Assembly (NCBI GenBank): GCA_046290465.1
Contig: JBKAGP010000001.1
Span: 3,616,001 to 3,680,000, forward strand
Length of the DNA: 64,000 nucleotides
Direction: 5' to 3'
From: Planctomycetota bacterium
GTDB taxonomy: Bacteria; Planctomycetota; UBA1135; UBA2386
In this document: piece by piece, positions 21,364 through 31,973 of the stretch
Numbering within the stretch: the stretch's first letter is position 1
Layout of the letters: each line of letters begins with the position of its first letter
Made by a program: the position numbers and the translations under genes
Notes under the pieces: model-generated
What the model saw: only the letters and a program-made list of their open reading frames with translations
What the model was told of the DNA's origin: nothing
The model's database searches: none

Positions 21364-22799
21364 GCGCTCCCCACATCCCGGTGCTGCGGCACGGCGTCGA
21401 GTACGAGAGCCTCGACCAGAGCGAGCTGACCGGCATCGGCAGCAACGAGGTGCTGGCGCGCATCAGCCAGACCAACGCCGGCATGATCAAGCGCGACCTG
21501 CGCCGCGCCGACGACGCCGCCAAGAAGCTGCGCGCGCTCAGCAGCGCGCGCCTGCTCGAGATCTGCAAGCAGGCCGGCAAGCTGTTCCTCGAAGGCGACC
21601 TGCCGCTCAACGAGCAGGGTGACACGCAGACCGCCGGCCAATACGTCGCGACGCTCAGCCGCACCAGCGGGCTGCCGCACGTGCTCGTGCGGCGCAACAT
21701 GCAGAAGGTCTTCACCGTGCTCGACGGCATGGCGGACATCCTGCGCGGGCTGATGCGCGGCATGGACCCGGCGGTCGTCGAGACCGGCTTCGGCGAGCAC
21801 TGCGGCGTGCCGGTCTACTACGCACCGACGACGTCGACCCTCGGCGTCGTGCTGCCGAGCAACTCGCCCGGCGTCAACTCGATCTGGATCCCGTCGCTGG
21901 CGCTCGGCGTGCCGGTCGTGCTCAAGCCCGGCCGCGAGGAGCCGTGGACGCCGCTGCGGATCATGCAGGCGCTGATCGCCGCCGGCTGCCCGCGCGAGGC
22001 GTTCTGCTTCTACCCGACCGACCACGAAGGCTCGTCGGTGATCCTCGACCGCTGCGGCCGCGTGCTGCTGTTCGGCGACGAGGCCGTGACCAAGGCCTGG
22101 TCGCACGACGAGCGCGTGCAGATCCACGGCCCGGGCCGCAGCAAGGTGATCCTCGGCCCGGACGTGGTCGACGACTGGCGCAGCTTCCTGCCGGTGCTGG
22201 CGGCGTCGGTCGCCGACAACGGCGGCCGCAGCTGCATCAACGCCTCGTCGATCTTCGTGCCGGCGCACGGCCGCGAGATCGCCGAAGCGCTGGCCACCGA
22301 GCTGGCGTCGCGCGCGCCGAAGCCGGCCGACGACGACGGCGCGGTGCTGTCGGCGTTCGCCAACCGCAAGTTCGCCGAGTTCATCGACGCCAAGATCGAC
22401 GAGGACGTCGCGGCCGGCGGCGCCGAGGACGTCAGCAGCCGGCACCGGGGTGGCCCGCGCCGACGCGACATCGACGGCGCGCCCTACCTGCTGCCGACCG
22501 TCGTGCACTGCGACAGCGTCGAGCACCCGCTGGCGCGCACCGAGTTCCTGTTCCCGTTCACCAGCGTGGTCGAGGTCGCGCCCGAACGGCTGGTCGCCGA
22601 CATGGGCCCGAGCCTGGTGGTCACGGCGATCACCCGCGACCAGGCGCTGATCGACGAACTGAAGCGCTCCGACCACGTCGACCGCCTCAACCTCGGCCCG
22701 GTGCCGACCTCGCACGTCGAGTGGGACCAGCCGCACGAGGGCAACCTGTTCGAGTTCCTGTACGAACGCCGCGCGATCCAGCGGGCGACCGACTGGTAG
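21360..22799 (+). CDS. Aldehyde-dehydrogenase-fold protein, probably an acyl reductase
   Basis: PSN, VVLKP, GRSCINAS catalytic Cys, EFLFP; HGPGRSK in place of ELGGK. TTG start overlapping the upstream stop. Confidence 0.8.
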
Positions 22800-23942
22800 A
22801 TGCAAGCGCGCACGTTCGAGCTGCCGACGAAGGTCGTGCTCGGCGCGGGCGCGCTGGGCGAGGTGCCGACGCTGGTCGGCGACCGCGTGTTCGTGGTCAC
22901 CGACCCGGGCATCGTCGCGGCCGGCCACTGCGAACGTCTCGAACGGCTGCTGGCCGACGCCGGCATCGAGGTCCACCGCTACCAGGACGTGCAGCCGAAT
23001 CCGGACGAGCACGCGGTCGCGGCGTGCCTCGCCGCGTTCGAGCGGGCGGGTGACGGGATCGAGTGGATCGTCGCGCTCGGTGGCGGCAGCGCCATCGACG
23101 TCGCCAAGGGCTGCGCGATGCTCGCCTGCGGCGGCGGCCGCATGGCCGACTACCTCGGCCGCGCCCGCATCGACGTGACCTCCCCGCGCCTGATCGCGAT
23201 CCCGACCACCGCAGGCACCGGCAGCGAGACGCAGTCGTTCGCGCTGATCGGCAACCGCGACACCGGCCAGAAGATGGCGTGCGGCGGCAGCGCGCCGTTC
23301 GCGACCGTGCTCGACCCCGAGCTGACCGTGAGCATGCCAGCGCCGGTGACCGCGTGCACCGGCCTCGACACGCTGGCCCACGCGGTCGAAGCCGCGGTCA
23401 GCCGCCGCAGTACGCCGTGGTCGGCGACGTTCGCGCGCGAGGCGTTCCGGCTGGTCGAACGCCACTTCGAACGCGTGCTCGGCCAGCCCGACGACCTCGA
23501 CGCGCGCGCTGCGATGCTGCACGCGTCGGCGCTGGCCGGCATCGCGATCGAGAACGGCATGCTCGGCGCCGCGCACTCGATGGCCAATCCGCTGACCCGG
23601 CGCTTCGACACCGCCCACGGCCAGGCGGTCGGCCAGGCGCTGCCGGCGGTCGTCGCGTACAACGCCGGCGACCCGTCCGCGCGCATCGGCTACGCCGACC
23701 TCGCGCGCGGGTCCGCCCTGGTCACCAACGATGCAGACGACGGCGTCGCCGTCGACGCGCTGCTGCGCCGGCTGCGCACGCTGGTCGAACGCGCCGGCTT
23801 CGGCCCGCACATTCCGGGCGTGCCGTCGGCCGCCGCCGACGAGCTCGCTGCCGAAGCCGCCACCCAATGGACCGCGCAGTTCAACCCGCGCGACGTCGAC
23901 GTCGCCGCGTTCGCCGGGCTCTACCGGGAGGTGCTCGCGTGA
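22800..23942 (+). CDS. Iron-containing alcohol dehydrogenase
   Basis: GGGSAIDVAK, IPTTAGTGSE, DTLAHAVE, HSMA, HG metal ligands. Confidence 0.92.
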   Translation: MQARTFELPTKVVLGAGALGEVPTLVGDRVFVVTDPGIVAAGHCERLERLLADAGIEVHRYQDVQPNPDEHAVAACLAAFERAGDGIEWIVALGGGSAIDVAKGCAMLACGGGRMADYLGRARIDVTSPRLIAIPTTAGTGSETQSFALIGNRDTGQKMACGGSAPFATVLDPELTVSMPAPVTACTGLDTLAHAVEAAVSRRSTPWSATFAREAFRLVERHFERVLGQPDDLDARAAMLHASALAGIAIENGMLGAAHSMANPLTRRFDTAHGQAVGQALPAVVAYNAGDPSARIGYADLARGSALVTNDADDGVAVDALLRRLRTLVERAGFGPHIPGVPSAAADELAAEAATQWTAQFNPRDVDVAAFAGLYREVLA

Positions 23943-25972
23943 GGATCCTGCCGTTCGTCACCGTGCTGGTGCTCGCCGGCACCGCGCTGGTCGCCCAGCG
24001 CATGCGGCTCGACGCCTCGGGTGCGTTCTTCACCAGCAACCCGGCCAGCACCGCCGAAGAGCGACCGCTGGTGACGTTCGATGCCGGCGCCATCACGCCG
24101 TCGATGCTCGCCGATTTCGGCGGCGCGCGGACCGGGCCGCGCATCCTCGAGAACCTCGCGTTCGCGATGGCCCTGGCGCGCGAATGCGAGGCCCGCGGGC
24201 TCGCCCGCAGCGCCCCGACCCTGGCCCGCTCCGAGGTCGCGCAGCAGACCGTCGGCGACCAGCCGTTCGATCCGGAGACCCGTGCCCGCCTCGCGACCGA
24301 GGCCCTGCGCGACCTGCGCATGGTCGCGCTGATCGGCGAACAGCGCGCCAGGGACGAGGACGCGCTGCGCGAGCTGTTCGAGCACCGATACGGCAAGGGC
24401 GGCGTGCGCGTGCGGGTCCGCCACGTGCTCAGCACCGACCGGATGTCGGCGCCGCAGACGGCCGGCGAGCGAGCCGCGGCGCTGCGCGCCACGCTGCAGA
24501 CCGGCGCGACCTTCGACGACCTGCTGGCGAAGTCGCACGACCGCGTCACCCGCCGGCTGCTGCGCGATCCGCAGCGCCGCGCCGAGGCCGGCCTGCTGCC
24601 CAACTACAACTACCATCGCTACGGCGAGGCGTTCGCCCGAGCGGTGCGCGCGCTCGAGGTCGGCGAGGTCTCGCAACCGGTCTCGTCGTCGGTCGGCGTG
24701 CACCTGATCGAACTGCTCGACCGCACCACGACGCAGCTCGCAGACGTGCGCACCGAGCTGGTCCGACAGCTCGCCGGCGGCAAGGCGCGCAGCGCCGAGA
24801 TCCTGCAGCTGCGCCAGCGCCTGCTCGCCAAGTACGGCTACCAGGCGCCTGCCGCCGTCGCCCGCAAGCGCACCCCCGTCGCGGACCTCGGTCCGCCGCC
24901 GTCGACCGAGTGGCCGCACTATCGCGGCAACCCGCAGCTGCACGGTGTCTCGGCGGCACGACTCGGCGACCAGCCGACGCTCGCGTGGCGGTTCGACACC
25001 GCCGGCGACATCCTGTCGTCGCCGGTGATCGCCAACGGCCTGGTCTACATCGGTTCGACCGACAACTTCGTCTATGCGATCGACCTGAAGACCGGCGAGC
25101 AGCGCTGGAAGTTCGAGACCAAGGACATGGTCGAGGCGCCGCCGCTGGTCGTCGACGGCCGCGTGTTCGTCGGTTCGTCGGACTTCTTCTTCTACGCGCT
25201 CGACGCCGCCGGCGGCGGGCTGCTGTGGAAGTACGAGACCCAGGACCGGATCCTCGGCGGCGCCAACTGGTTCCGCAGCCAGAACGGCAAGACGCGCGTG
25301 CTGGTCGGCAGCTACGACGCCAACGTCTACTGCTTCGACGTGCACGGCGGCGATCCGCTGTGGACCTACGCGACCGACAACTACGTCAACGGCTCGCCGG
25401 CGATCGCCGGCCGCGAGACGCTGTTCGGCGGCTGCGACGCCGCGCTGCACCTGGTCGACCTCGAGAGCGGCGAACGCGTCGCCAAGGTCGAGCTCGGTGA
25501 GGGCTGCCAGGTCGCCGGCTCGGTCGCGCTGCTCGGCGACCGCGCCTACTTCGGCCACTACGGCAACGAGTTCCTGCGCGTCAACCTCGACGACGGCAAG
25601 GCCGAGTGGCGCTACGCGAGCAAGCGGCAGGGCTTCTGCTCGTCGCCGGCGGTCGGCGAGAAGTACGTCGTGTTCGGCGGCCGCGATCGCCACCTGCACT
25701 GCGCGCTGCGCGCCGACGGCACCCCGCAGTGGCAGTTCCGCACCAGGCGCAAGGTTGACGCGTCGCCGGTGATCTGCGGCGACAAGGTCGTGTTCGGTTC
25801 GGGCGACGGCCGCCTCTACGTGCTGCGGCTCGCGACCGGCGAGAAGGTCTGGAGCTACGACATCGGCAAGCCGATCTACTCGTCGCCGGCGGTCGTCGAC
25901 GACATGATCGTGGTCGGCGCCGGCGACCAGCGCGTCTACGCGTTCCGCGCTCCCGCAGGAGGCGGCAGGTAG
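23939..25972 (+). CDS. Fusion of a parvulin/PpiC-like peptidyl-prolyl isomerase domain and a BamB-like beta-propeller
   Basis: VRHVL...EVGEVSQPVSSSVGVHLI (rotamase) followed by EWPHYRGN and W.F.T/SSP blades. GTG start overlapping the upstream TGA. Confidence 0.75.
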   Translation: MRILPFVTVLVLAGTALVAQRMRLDASGAFFTSNPASTAEERPLVTFDAGAITPSMLADFGGARTGPRILENLAFAMALARECEARGLARSAPTLARSEVAQQTVGDQPFDPETRARLATEALRDLRMVALIGEQRARDEDALRELFEHRYGKGGVRVRVRHVLSTDRMSAPQTAGERAAALRATLQTGATFDDLLAKSHDRVTRRLLRDPQRRAEAGLLPNYNYHRYGEAFARAVRALEVGEVSQPVSSSVGVHLIELLDRTTTQLADVRTELVRQLAGGKARSAEILQLRQRLLAKYGYQAPAAVARKRTPVADLGPPPSTEWPHYRGNPQLHGVSAARLGDQPTLAWRFDTAGDILSSPVIANGLVYIGSTDNFVYAIDLKTGEQRWKFETKDMVEAPPLVVDGRVFVGSSDFFFYALDAAGGGLLWKYETQDRILGGANWFRSQNGKTRVLVGSYDANVYCFDVHGGDPLWTYATDNYVNGSPAIAGRETLFGGCDAALHLVDLESGERVAKVELGEGCQVAGSVALLGDRAYFGHYGNEFLRVNLDDGKAEWRYASKRQGFCSSPAVGEKYVVFGGRDRHLHCALRADGTPQWQFRTRRKVDASPVICGDKVVFGSGDGRLYVLRLATGEKVWSYDIGKPIYSSPAVVDDMIVVGAGDQRVYAFRAPAGGGR

Positions 25973-25976
25973 CGCG

Positions 25977-27281
25977 ATGCGCCTGATGCTGCTGACGCCG
26001 GGCACCGGCCACTTCTTCTGCGGCAGCTGCCTGCGCGACGACGCGCTCGGCAACGCGCTGCGACAGCAGGGACACGATGCCACCAACGTGCCGCTCTACC
26101 TGCCGATGGTGCTCGAGCGTCCCGACGACCATCCGGTCCCGGTGCACATGGGCGGGATCAACGTCTACCTGCAGCAGAAGGCGCGCATGTTCCGCCATCT
26201 GCCGCGCTTCGTCGCCAACTGGCTCGACAGCCCCAGGCTGCTGCGCTGGGTGGCGAGCCGCAGCAGCATGACCGACGCCAGCGACCTCGGCGCGATGACC
26301 GTGTCGATCCTGCGCGGCGAGTGCGGCAAGCAGGAGAAGGAGATCGACAAGCTGGTGGCGTGGATCGGCACACAGCCGCGCCCCGACGTCGTCATCGTCT
26401 CCAACGCGATGCTGACCGGCGTCGTGCGGCGCCTGCGCGACGCCCTCGGCGTGCCGGTGATGGTGACGCTGCAGGGCGAGGCGCCGTTCTTGGACGCGCT
26501 GCCGCCGCAGGACCGCGACGCGGCGTGGCAGACGCTGCGCGAACGCGCCGGCGAGGTCGACGCGCTGGTCGCCGTCAGCGCCGACTACCGCGACGAGATG
26601 CAGGCGCGCCTGCAGGTCGACCCCGACCGGCTGCACGTGGTGCACAACGGCATCGACCTGAGCGGCTTCGACGACGAGGCCGCACCGCCGTCCGGACGCA
26701 CGCCGCCGACGATCGGCTACCTGGCGCGCATGTGCCGCGACAAGGGCCTCGACACGCTGGTCGACGCGTTCGTCCGCCTGCGCTCCGACGCGCGCTTCCC
26801 GCAGCTGCGCCTGCGCGTCGCCGGGGTGCAGCTCGCCGAGGATCGCGCCTACGTCGAGCAACTGCAGCAGCGGCTGCAGGCCGCTGGCTGCCTCGACGAC
26901 GCCGAGTTCCTGCCGAACATCGACCGCGCGCAGAAGCTGACGTTCTTGCGTTCGCTGACGGTGATGTCGGTGCCGGCGCGCTACGGCGAGTCGTTCGGCC
27001 TCTACCTGCTCGAGGCGATGGCGGCCGGCGTGCCGGTCGTGCAGCCGCGCCACGCGGCGTTCCCCGAGGTGCTCGACGCGACCGGCGGCGGCCTGCTGTG
27101 CGAACCGGAGGACCCGGCGTCGCTCGCTGCGGGCCTCGCCGAAGTGCTGTCCGACCCGCAGCACGCCGACCGGCTCGGCAGCCGCGGCCGCGAGGCCGTG
27201 CGCGAGCGCTTCACGTCCGCCCACATGGCTGCCAACGTCACCCGCATCTGCGAAGCCCTCGCAGCCGCCCGCTCGACCTGA
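25977..27281 (+). CDS. Family 4 (GT-B) glycosyltransferase
   Basis: VVHNGID, KGLDTL, ESFGLYLLEAMAAGVPVV. Confidence 0.92.
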   Translation: MRLMLLTPGTGHFFCGSCLRDDALGNALRQQGHDATNVPLYLPMVLERPDDHPVPVHMGGINVYLQQKARMFRHLPRFVANWLDSPRLLRWVASRSSMTDASDLGAMTVSILRGECGKQEKEIDKLVAWIGTQPRPDVVIVSNAMLTGVVRRLRDALGVPVMVTLQGEAPFLDALPPQDRDAAWQTLRERAGEVDALVAVSADYRDEMQARLQVDPDRLHVVHNGIDLSGFDDEAAPPSGRTPPTIGYLARMCRDKGLDTLVDAFVRLRSDARFPQLRLRVAGVQLAEDRAYVEQLQQRLQAAGCLDDAEFLPNIDRAQKLTFLRSLTVMSVPARYGESFGLYLLEAMAAGVPVVQPRHAAFPEVLDATGGGLLCEPEDPASLAAGLAEVLSDPQHADRLGSRGREAVRERFTSAHMAANVTRICEALAAARST

Positions 27282-27322
27282 GCGAACTTGCGCCCAATCC
27301 CGACCGCACCGAGACTCCCCCC

Positions 27323-27847
27323 ATGCAGACCTGGATCCTGTTCGCGCTCCTCACCGTCGCCTCGTGGGGCATCTACGGCGTGCTGCTGCACAGCGGCCAG
27401 GTCGCGATGAGCGACCCGCAGAACGGCCGCTACAAGGCGTTCTTCTGGGTCGGCATCGCCTACTTCCTGATCGCGGTGCTGGCGCCCGCCGGCATGCTGC
27501 TGGCGGCGAAGGCCTCGTGGTCGATGCCGTCCAAGGCGATCTGGCTGTCGCTGTTCGCCGGGGTCGTCGGCGCCGTCGGCGCGTTCGGCGTGCTGCTCGC
27601 GTTCGGCGCCAAGGGCCACCCGGCCGCGGTGATGTCGATCATCTTCGCCGGCGCACCGATCGTGAACGCGTTCGTCGCGATGTCGCTGCACCCACCCAAG
27701 GGCGGCTGGGGCAGCCTCGACTGGCGCTTCCTGCTCGGCATCGCCCTGGCCGCGACCGGCGGGCTGCTGGTCAGCCTCTACAAGCCCGCGCCCGGCGGCG
27801 CCAAGCCGGCCGGCCAGCCACCGAGCCAGCAGAACGCGCCGAAATGA
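27323..27847 (+). CDS. Small DMT/EamA-like membrane protein (about 5 TM)
   Basis: Hydrophobic helices; WGIYG; PIVN motif. Confidence 0.65.
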   Translation: MQTWILFALLTVASWGIYGVLLHSGQVAMSDPQNGRYKAFFWVGIAYFLIAVLAPAGMLLAAKASWSMPSKAIWLSLFAGVVGAVGAFGVLLAFGAKGHPAAVMSIIFAGAPIVNAFVAMSLHPPKGGWGSLDWRFLLGIALAATGGLLVSLYKPAPGGAKPAGQPPSQQNAPK

Positions 27848-28551
27848 GCGCACCGCTGGTCGAACTGCGCGGGATCACCCGTCGCTTCGGTGCGACGACC
27901 GAAGTGCTGCGCGGGATCGATCTCGAGGTCGCCGCGGACGACACGCTGGCCGTGCTCGGCCCGTCCGGCTGCGGCAAGAGCACGTTGCTGCACATCCTCG
28001 GCGGGCTGCTGCCGCCCACCAGTGGCACCGCGCGCTTCGACGGCCGCGACCTCGCGACGATGTCGGCGACCGAACTGGCCGCGCTGCGCAACCGCGAGAT
28101 CGGCTTCGTGTTCCAGGCGCACCACCTGCTGCCGCAGTGCACCGCGCTCGAGAACGTGCTGGTGCCGACCCTCGTGCACCCCAAGGACGACGCGCGCCGC
28201 TCTGCCGAGTCGCGTGCCCGCGAGCTGCTCGCCGACGTCGGCCTCGGCCAACGCCTCGACCACCGCCCGGCGCAGCTGTCCGGAGGCGAGCAGCAGCGCG
28301 TCGCGGTCGTGCGCGCGCTGATCAACCGGCCGCGGCTGCTGTTGGCGGACGAGCCGACCGGCTCGCTCGATGAGGCGGGCACCGACCTGCTCGGCGACCT
28401 GCTGTGCTCGCTCAACGAGAAGCACCGGGTTGCGGTCGTGACGGTCACCCACTCGCCGCGGCTGGCCCGGCGCATGCGGCGCGTGGTCGAGCTGCACGCA
28501 GGCCGCCTGCGCCGCGCCGACGACGCCCGCGCGGCGGACACGGCCGGATGA
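27844..28551 (+). CDS. ABC transporter ATP-binding protein (LolD/MacB type)
   Basis: GPSGCGKS, IGFVFQ, LSGGEQQR, LLADEPTG. Confidence 0.95.
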   Translation: MSAPLVELRGITRRFGATTEVLRGIDLEVAADDTLAVLGPSGCGKSTLLHILGGLLPPTSGTARFDGRDLATMSATELAALRNREIGFVFQAHHLLPQCTALENVLVPTLVHPKDDARRSAESRARELLADVGLGQRLDHRPAQLSGGEQQRVAVVRALINRPRLLLADEPTGSLDEAGTDLLGDLLCSLNEKHRVAVVTVTHSPRLARRMRRVVELHAGRLRRADDARAADTAG

Positions 28552-31500
28552 GCTCCTGGAGCCTGATCGCGCGCGGCCTCGCGCACCACTGGCGCACGCA
28601 CGTCGGCGTCGTGCTCGGCGTGCTGGTCGCGACCGCGGTGTTGGCCGGCGCGCTGATCGTCGGCGACTCGGTGCGCGCCAGCCTGCGCCGCCAGGCCCTG
28701 CAGCGCATCGGCCGCTTCGACAGCGTGCTCGCCTGCGGCGACCGCTTCGTCACCGCCGACCTCGCGCGACGCATCGAGGCCGGACTCGGTGCGACCACCT
28801 GCGCGGCGCTGCAGCTGCCGGGGGTCGCCAACCGCGGGGACGGCAACGCGCGCACCGGCATCGTCGACGTGTTCGGCGTCGACGACACGTTCTTCGCGAT
28901 GAGCACGCGCGGCGTCGCCCGCCCGGCACCGGCACCTCGCCACGCGCTGCTCAACCGGCAGCTGGCCGAACAGCTCGGCGTGCAGCCCGGTGACGAGATC
29001 GTGCTGCGCATCGAAAAGCCCAGCCTGATGCCGCAGGAGGCGACGATGGCGACCGTCGACGACCTCGCGTTCGCGATGCGCGTCGAGATCGACGCGCTCG
29101 TCGACGACGACGAGTTCGGCCGCTTCGGCCTGCGCGCCAGCCAGGTCGCGCCGTTCGACGTGTTCGTGTCGCGCACCTGGCTCGCCGCAGAACTCGAACT
29201 CGAAGGCCACGCCAACCTGCTGCTGAGCGCGGCCGGCACGACCCGCAGTGACGAGGCCCTGCGCGCCCACTGGACGCTCGCCGACGCCGAACTCGAGCTG
29301 CGCGTCGGCGACGCCGGCAGCGAACTGCGCAGCGGCCGCGTGTTCCTCGATGCAGCGATCGTCGACGCGGCCACGGAGCTGGCTCCCGACGCGTTCGGCG
29401 TGTTCACCTACTTCGTCAACGCGCTGCAGGTCGGCGAGCGCGTCACGCCCTACTCGATGGTCTGCGGCGTCGGCCCGCTCCGTAGCGCACCGGCGACGGC
29501 TCCGCTGCGGCAGCTGATGCCGGCCACGGACGACCTGCTGATGCCCAACGCCTGGCTCGCAGACGACCTCGGCGCCGACCGCGACGACCGCGTCCGGCTG
29601 CGCTACTACGTGATGAACGAGCAGCTGCAGCTCGAGGAACGCGAGCACGAACTGCGGATCGGCCGCGTCGTGCCGCTGGTCGGCGTGGCCGCCGACCCGA
29701 CGCTGATGCCCGAGTTCCCCGGACTGGCCGAGGCGCGTAGCTGCACCGACTGGGAGCCGGGCGTGCCGGTCGAGCTCGACCAGCTCGACGACCGCGACCA
29801 GCAGTACTGGGACGAACACCGCGGCACGCCCAAGGCGTTCGTGTCGCTGGCGACCGCGCGCTCGCTGTGGGCCAATCGGTTCGGCACGCTGACGGCGATC
29901 CGCGTGCCCGCAGGTCCCGACGCCGAACGGCTCGCGCAGCTGCCGCGCCGGCTCTTGCCCGAATCGGTCGGCCTGTTCTTCCAGGACCTGCGCGGCCCCG
30001 CGCTCGCTGCCGCCGCACCCGCGACCGACTTCGGCGCGCTCTACCTCGGCCTCAGCTTCTTCCTGATCGTCGCGGCGCTGCTGCTGACCACGCTGCTGTT
30101 CGTGTTCGGCATCGAGCAGCGCGCCGGCGAGGTCGGCACGCTACTGGCGGTCGGCTACGAGCCACGGCAGGTGCGCAGCCTGTTCGTGCGCGAGGCGCTG
30201 CTGCTCGCGTGCGTCGGCGCGGCGCTCGGCACGTTCGCCGGCATCGGCTACGCCGACGGCGTGCTCGCCGGCCTCGCCACGCTGTGGCAGGACACCGCCC
30301 GGCAGGCGGCGCTCTCGGCCCACGTCGAACCCGGCTCGCTCTTGACCGGCGCAGCAGTCACGATCCTGGCCGCGATGGTCGCGATCTGGTGGACGCTGCG
30401 CGCGACCGCGCGGCGACCGGCCGTCGAGCTGCTGGCGACCCGCGGCGGCCTGGAGGCCGCCTCGACCGATCCCGCCAGCGCACGCCGACGGCTGTGGACC
30501 AGCAGCCTGGTCGCCGCGTTGGCGGCCACGGGCGCGCTGACGCTGGCGCTGCGCGCCGACCCGTGGCGGGCGACCAGCGCGTTCTTCGGCGGCGGCGCGC
30601 TGCTGCTGGTCGCGTCGCTCGCGGCGTGCCGTGCGCTGCTGGCGCGCCTCGGTGCCGGTCCACGTCGGCCGATCGCGACGGTCGCGGCGCTCGGCCTGCG
30701 CAGCGCCAGCCGACGGCCGGGGCGCAGCCTCGCGTCGATCGCGCTGCTCGCGAGCGGCGCCTTCCTGGTGCTGGCGATCCAGGCCAACCGGCTCGCGCCG
30801 CCGCAGGACCCGACCGAACGCACCTCCGGCACCGGCGGCTTCGCGCTGTTCGGTCGCTCGACGCTGCCGGTGTTGCGCGACCTCGCGACCGAGGCGGCGC
30901 GCGACGCCTACGCGCTCGACTCAAGAACGCTGCGGGACGTCGACGTCGTGCCGCTGCGGCTGCGGCCCGGCGACGACGCCAGCTGCCTCAACCTCGCCAC
31001 CGCCCAGAACCCACAGCTGCTCGGCGTGCTGCCGGAACGGCTCGCCCGGCGCGGTGCGTTCCGCTTCACCCGCGCGATCGACGGCGCGTCGGTCGACGAC
31101 GGCTGGACGCTGCTCGAACGGGACCTCGGTCCGAACGTCGTGCCGGCGATCGGCGACGGCGGCAGCGTCGCCTGGGCGCTGCACAAGAAGGTCGGCGACT
31201 CGCTGCGCTACCGCGACGAGAACGGCGAGGAGTTCGACGTGCGCATCGTCGCCACCGTCGCCGACTCGATCCTGCAGGGCAACCTGCTGATCGCCGACCG
31301 CCACCTGCGCGCGCGCTTCCCTTCAGCGTCGGGCTTCCGCATGTTCCTCGTCGATGCGCCCGCGCAGCGCGCCGACGAGGTCGCGCGCGACCTGAGCGAC
31401 GCGCTGTCCGACATCGGCCTCGAACTGACGCCGACCGGCCAGCGGCTCGCGTCGTTCCAGTCGGTGCAGAACACCTACCTGTCGATCTTCCAACTGCTCG

Positions 31501-31850
31501 GCGGCCTCGGCTTGTTGCTCGGCACGGTCGGCCTCGGCGTCGTCGTGATGCGCAACGCACTCGAACGCCGCAGCGAACTCGCGGTCGCGCGCGCGCTCGG
31601 GTTCTCCGACGGCGCCGTGCGGCGACTGGTCTGGAGCGAGCACGCGCTGCTGCTGGCCCTCGGCCTGTTGGCCGGAACCGCCGCCGCCTCGATGGCCATG
31701 ATCCCGGCGCTGCGCGACGGCCGGGACCTGCCGCTCGGGTCGTCGGCCCTGCTGCTCGGCGCACTCGCCGCGAGCGGCGCGTTCTGGGTCTGGCTGGCCA
31801 GCCGCCTCGCCACCCGCGGCCCGCTGCTCGACCGGCTGCGCGGCGACTGA
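28548..31850 (+). CDS. FtsX/MacB-type ABC permease with duplicated architecture
   Basis: Two large periplasmic domains plus TM bundles; EQRAGEVGTLLAVG and ERRSELAVARALG. Confidence 0.88.
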   Translation: MSSWSLIARGLAHHWRTHVGVVLGVLVATAVLAGALIVGDSVRASLRRQALQRIGRFDSVLACGDRFVTADLARRIEAGLGATTCAALQLPGVANRGDGNARTGIVDVFGVDDTFFAMSTRGVARPAPAPRHALLNRQLAEQLGVQPGDEIVLRIEKPSLMPQEATMATVDDLAFAMRVEIDALVDDDEFGRFGLRASQVAPFDVFVSRTWLAAELELEGHANLLLSAAGTTRSDEALRAHWTLADAELELRVGDAGSELRSGRVFLDAAIVDAATELAPDAFGVFTYFVNALQVGERVTPYSMVCGVGPLRSAPATAPLRQLMPATDDLLMPNAWLADDLGADRDDRVRLRYYVMNEQLQLEEREHELRIGRVVPLVGVAADPTLMPEFPGLAEARSCTDWEPGVPVELDQLDDRDQQYWDEHRGTPKAFVSLATARSLWANRFGTLTAIRVPAGPDAERLAQLPRRLLPESVGLFFQDLRGPALAAAAPATDFGALYLGLSFFLIVAALLLTTLLFVFGIEQRAGEVGTLLAVGYEPRQVRSLFVREALLLACVGAALGTFAGIGYADGVLAGLATLWQDTARQAALSAHVEPGSLLTGAAVTILAAMVAIWWTLRATARRPAVELLATRGGLEAASTDPASARRRLWTSSLVAALAATGALTLALRADPWRATSAFFGGGALLLVASLAACRALLARLGAGPRRPIATVAALGLRSASRRPGRSLASIALLASGAFLVLAIQANRLAPPQDPTERTSGTGGFALFGRSTLPVLRDLATEAARDAYALDSRTLRDVDVVPLRLRPGDDASCLNLATAQNPQLLGVLPERLARRGAFRFTRAIDGASVDDGWTLLERDLGPNVVPAIGDGGSVAWALHKKVGDSLRYRDENGEEFDVRIVATVADSILQGNLLIADRHLRARFPSASGFRMFLVDAPAQRADEVARDLSDALSDIGLELTPTGQRLASFQSVQNTYLSIFQLLGGLGLLLGTVGLGVVVMRNALERRSELAVARALGFSDGAVRRLVWSEHALLLALGLLAGTAAASMAMIPALRDGRDLPLGSSALLLGALAASGAFWVWLASRLATRGPLLDRLRGD

Positions 31851-31973
31851 CGGCGCCGCGTCGACGCGGCGAGGTCCCAGTTACGTCCTAACTCCGTATG
31901 TGTCGCGGTTGGGGTGCCGGGGTGGCTTCCGTTCCCTGCGCGCCCCCGCTATGCCAACGTGCCAGGAGCTCCC

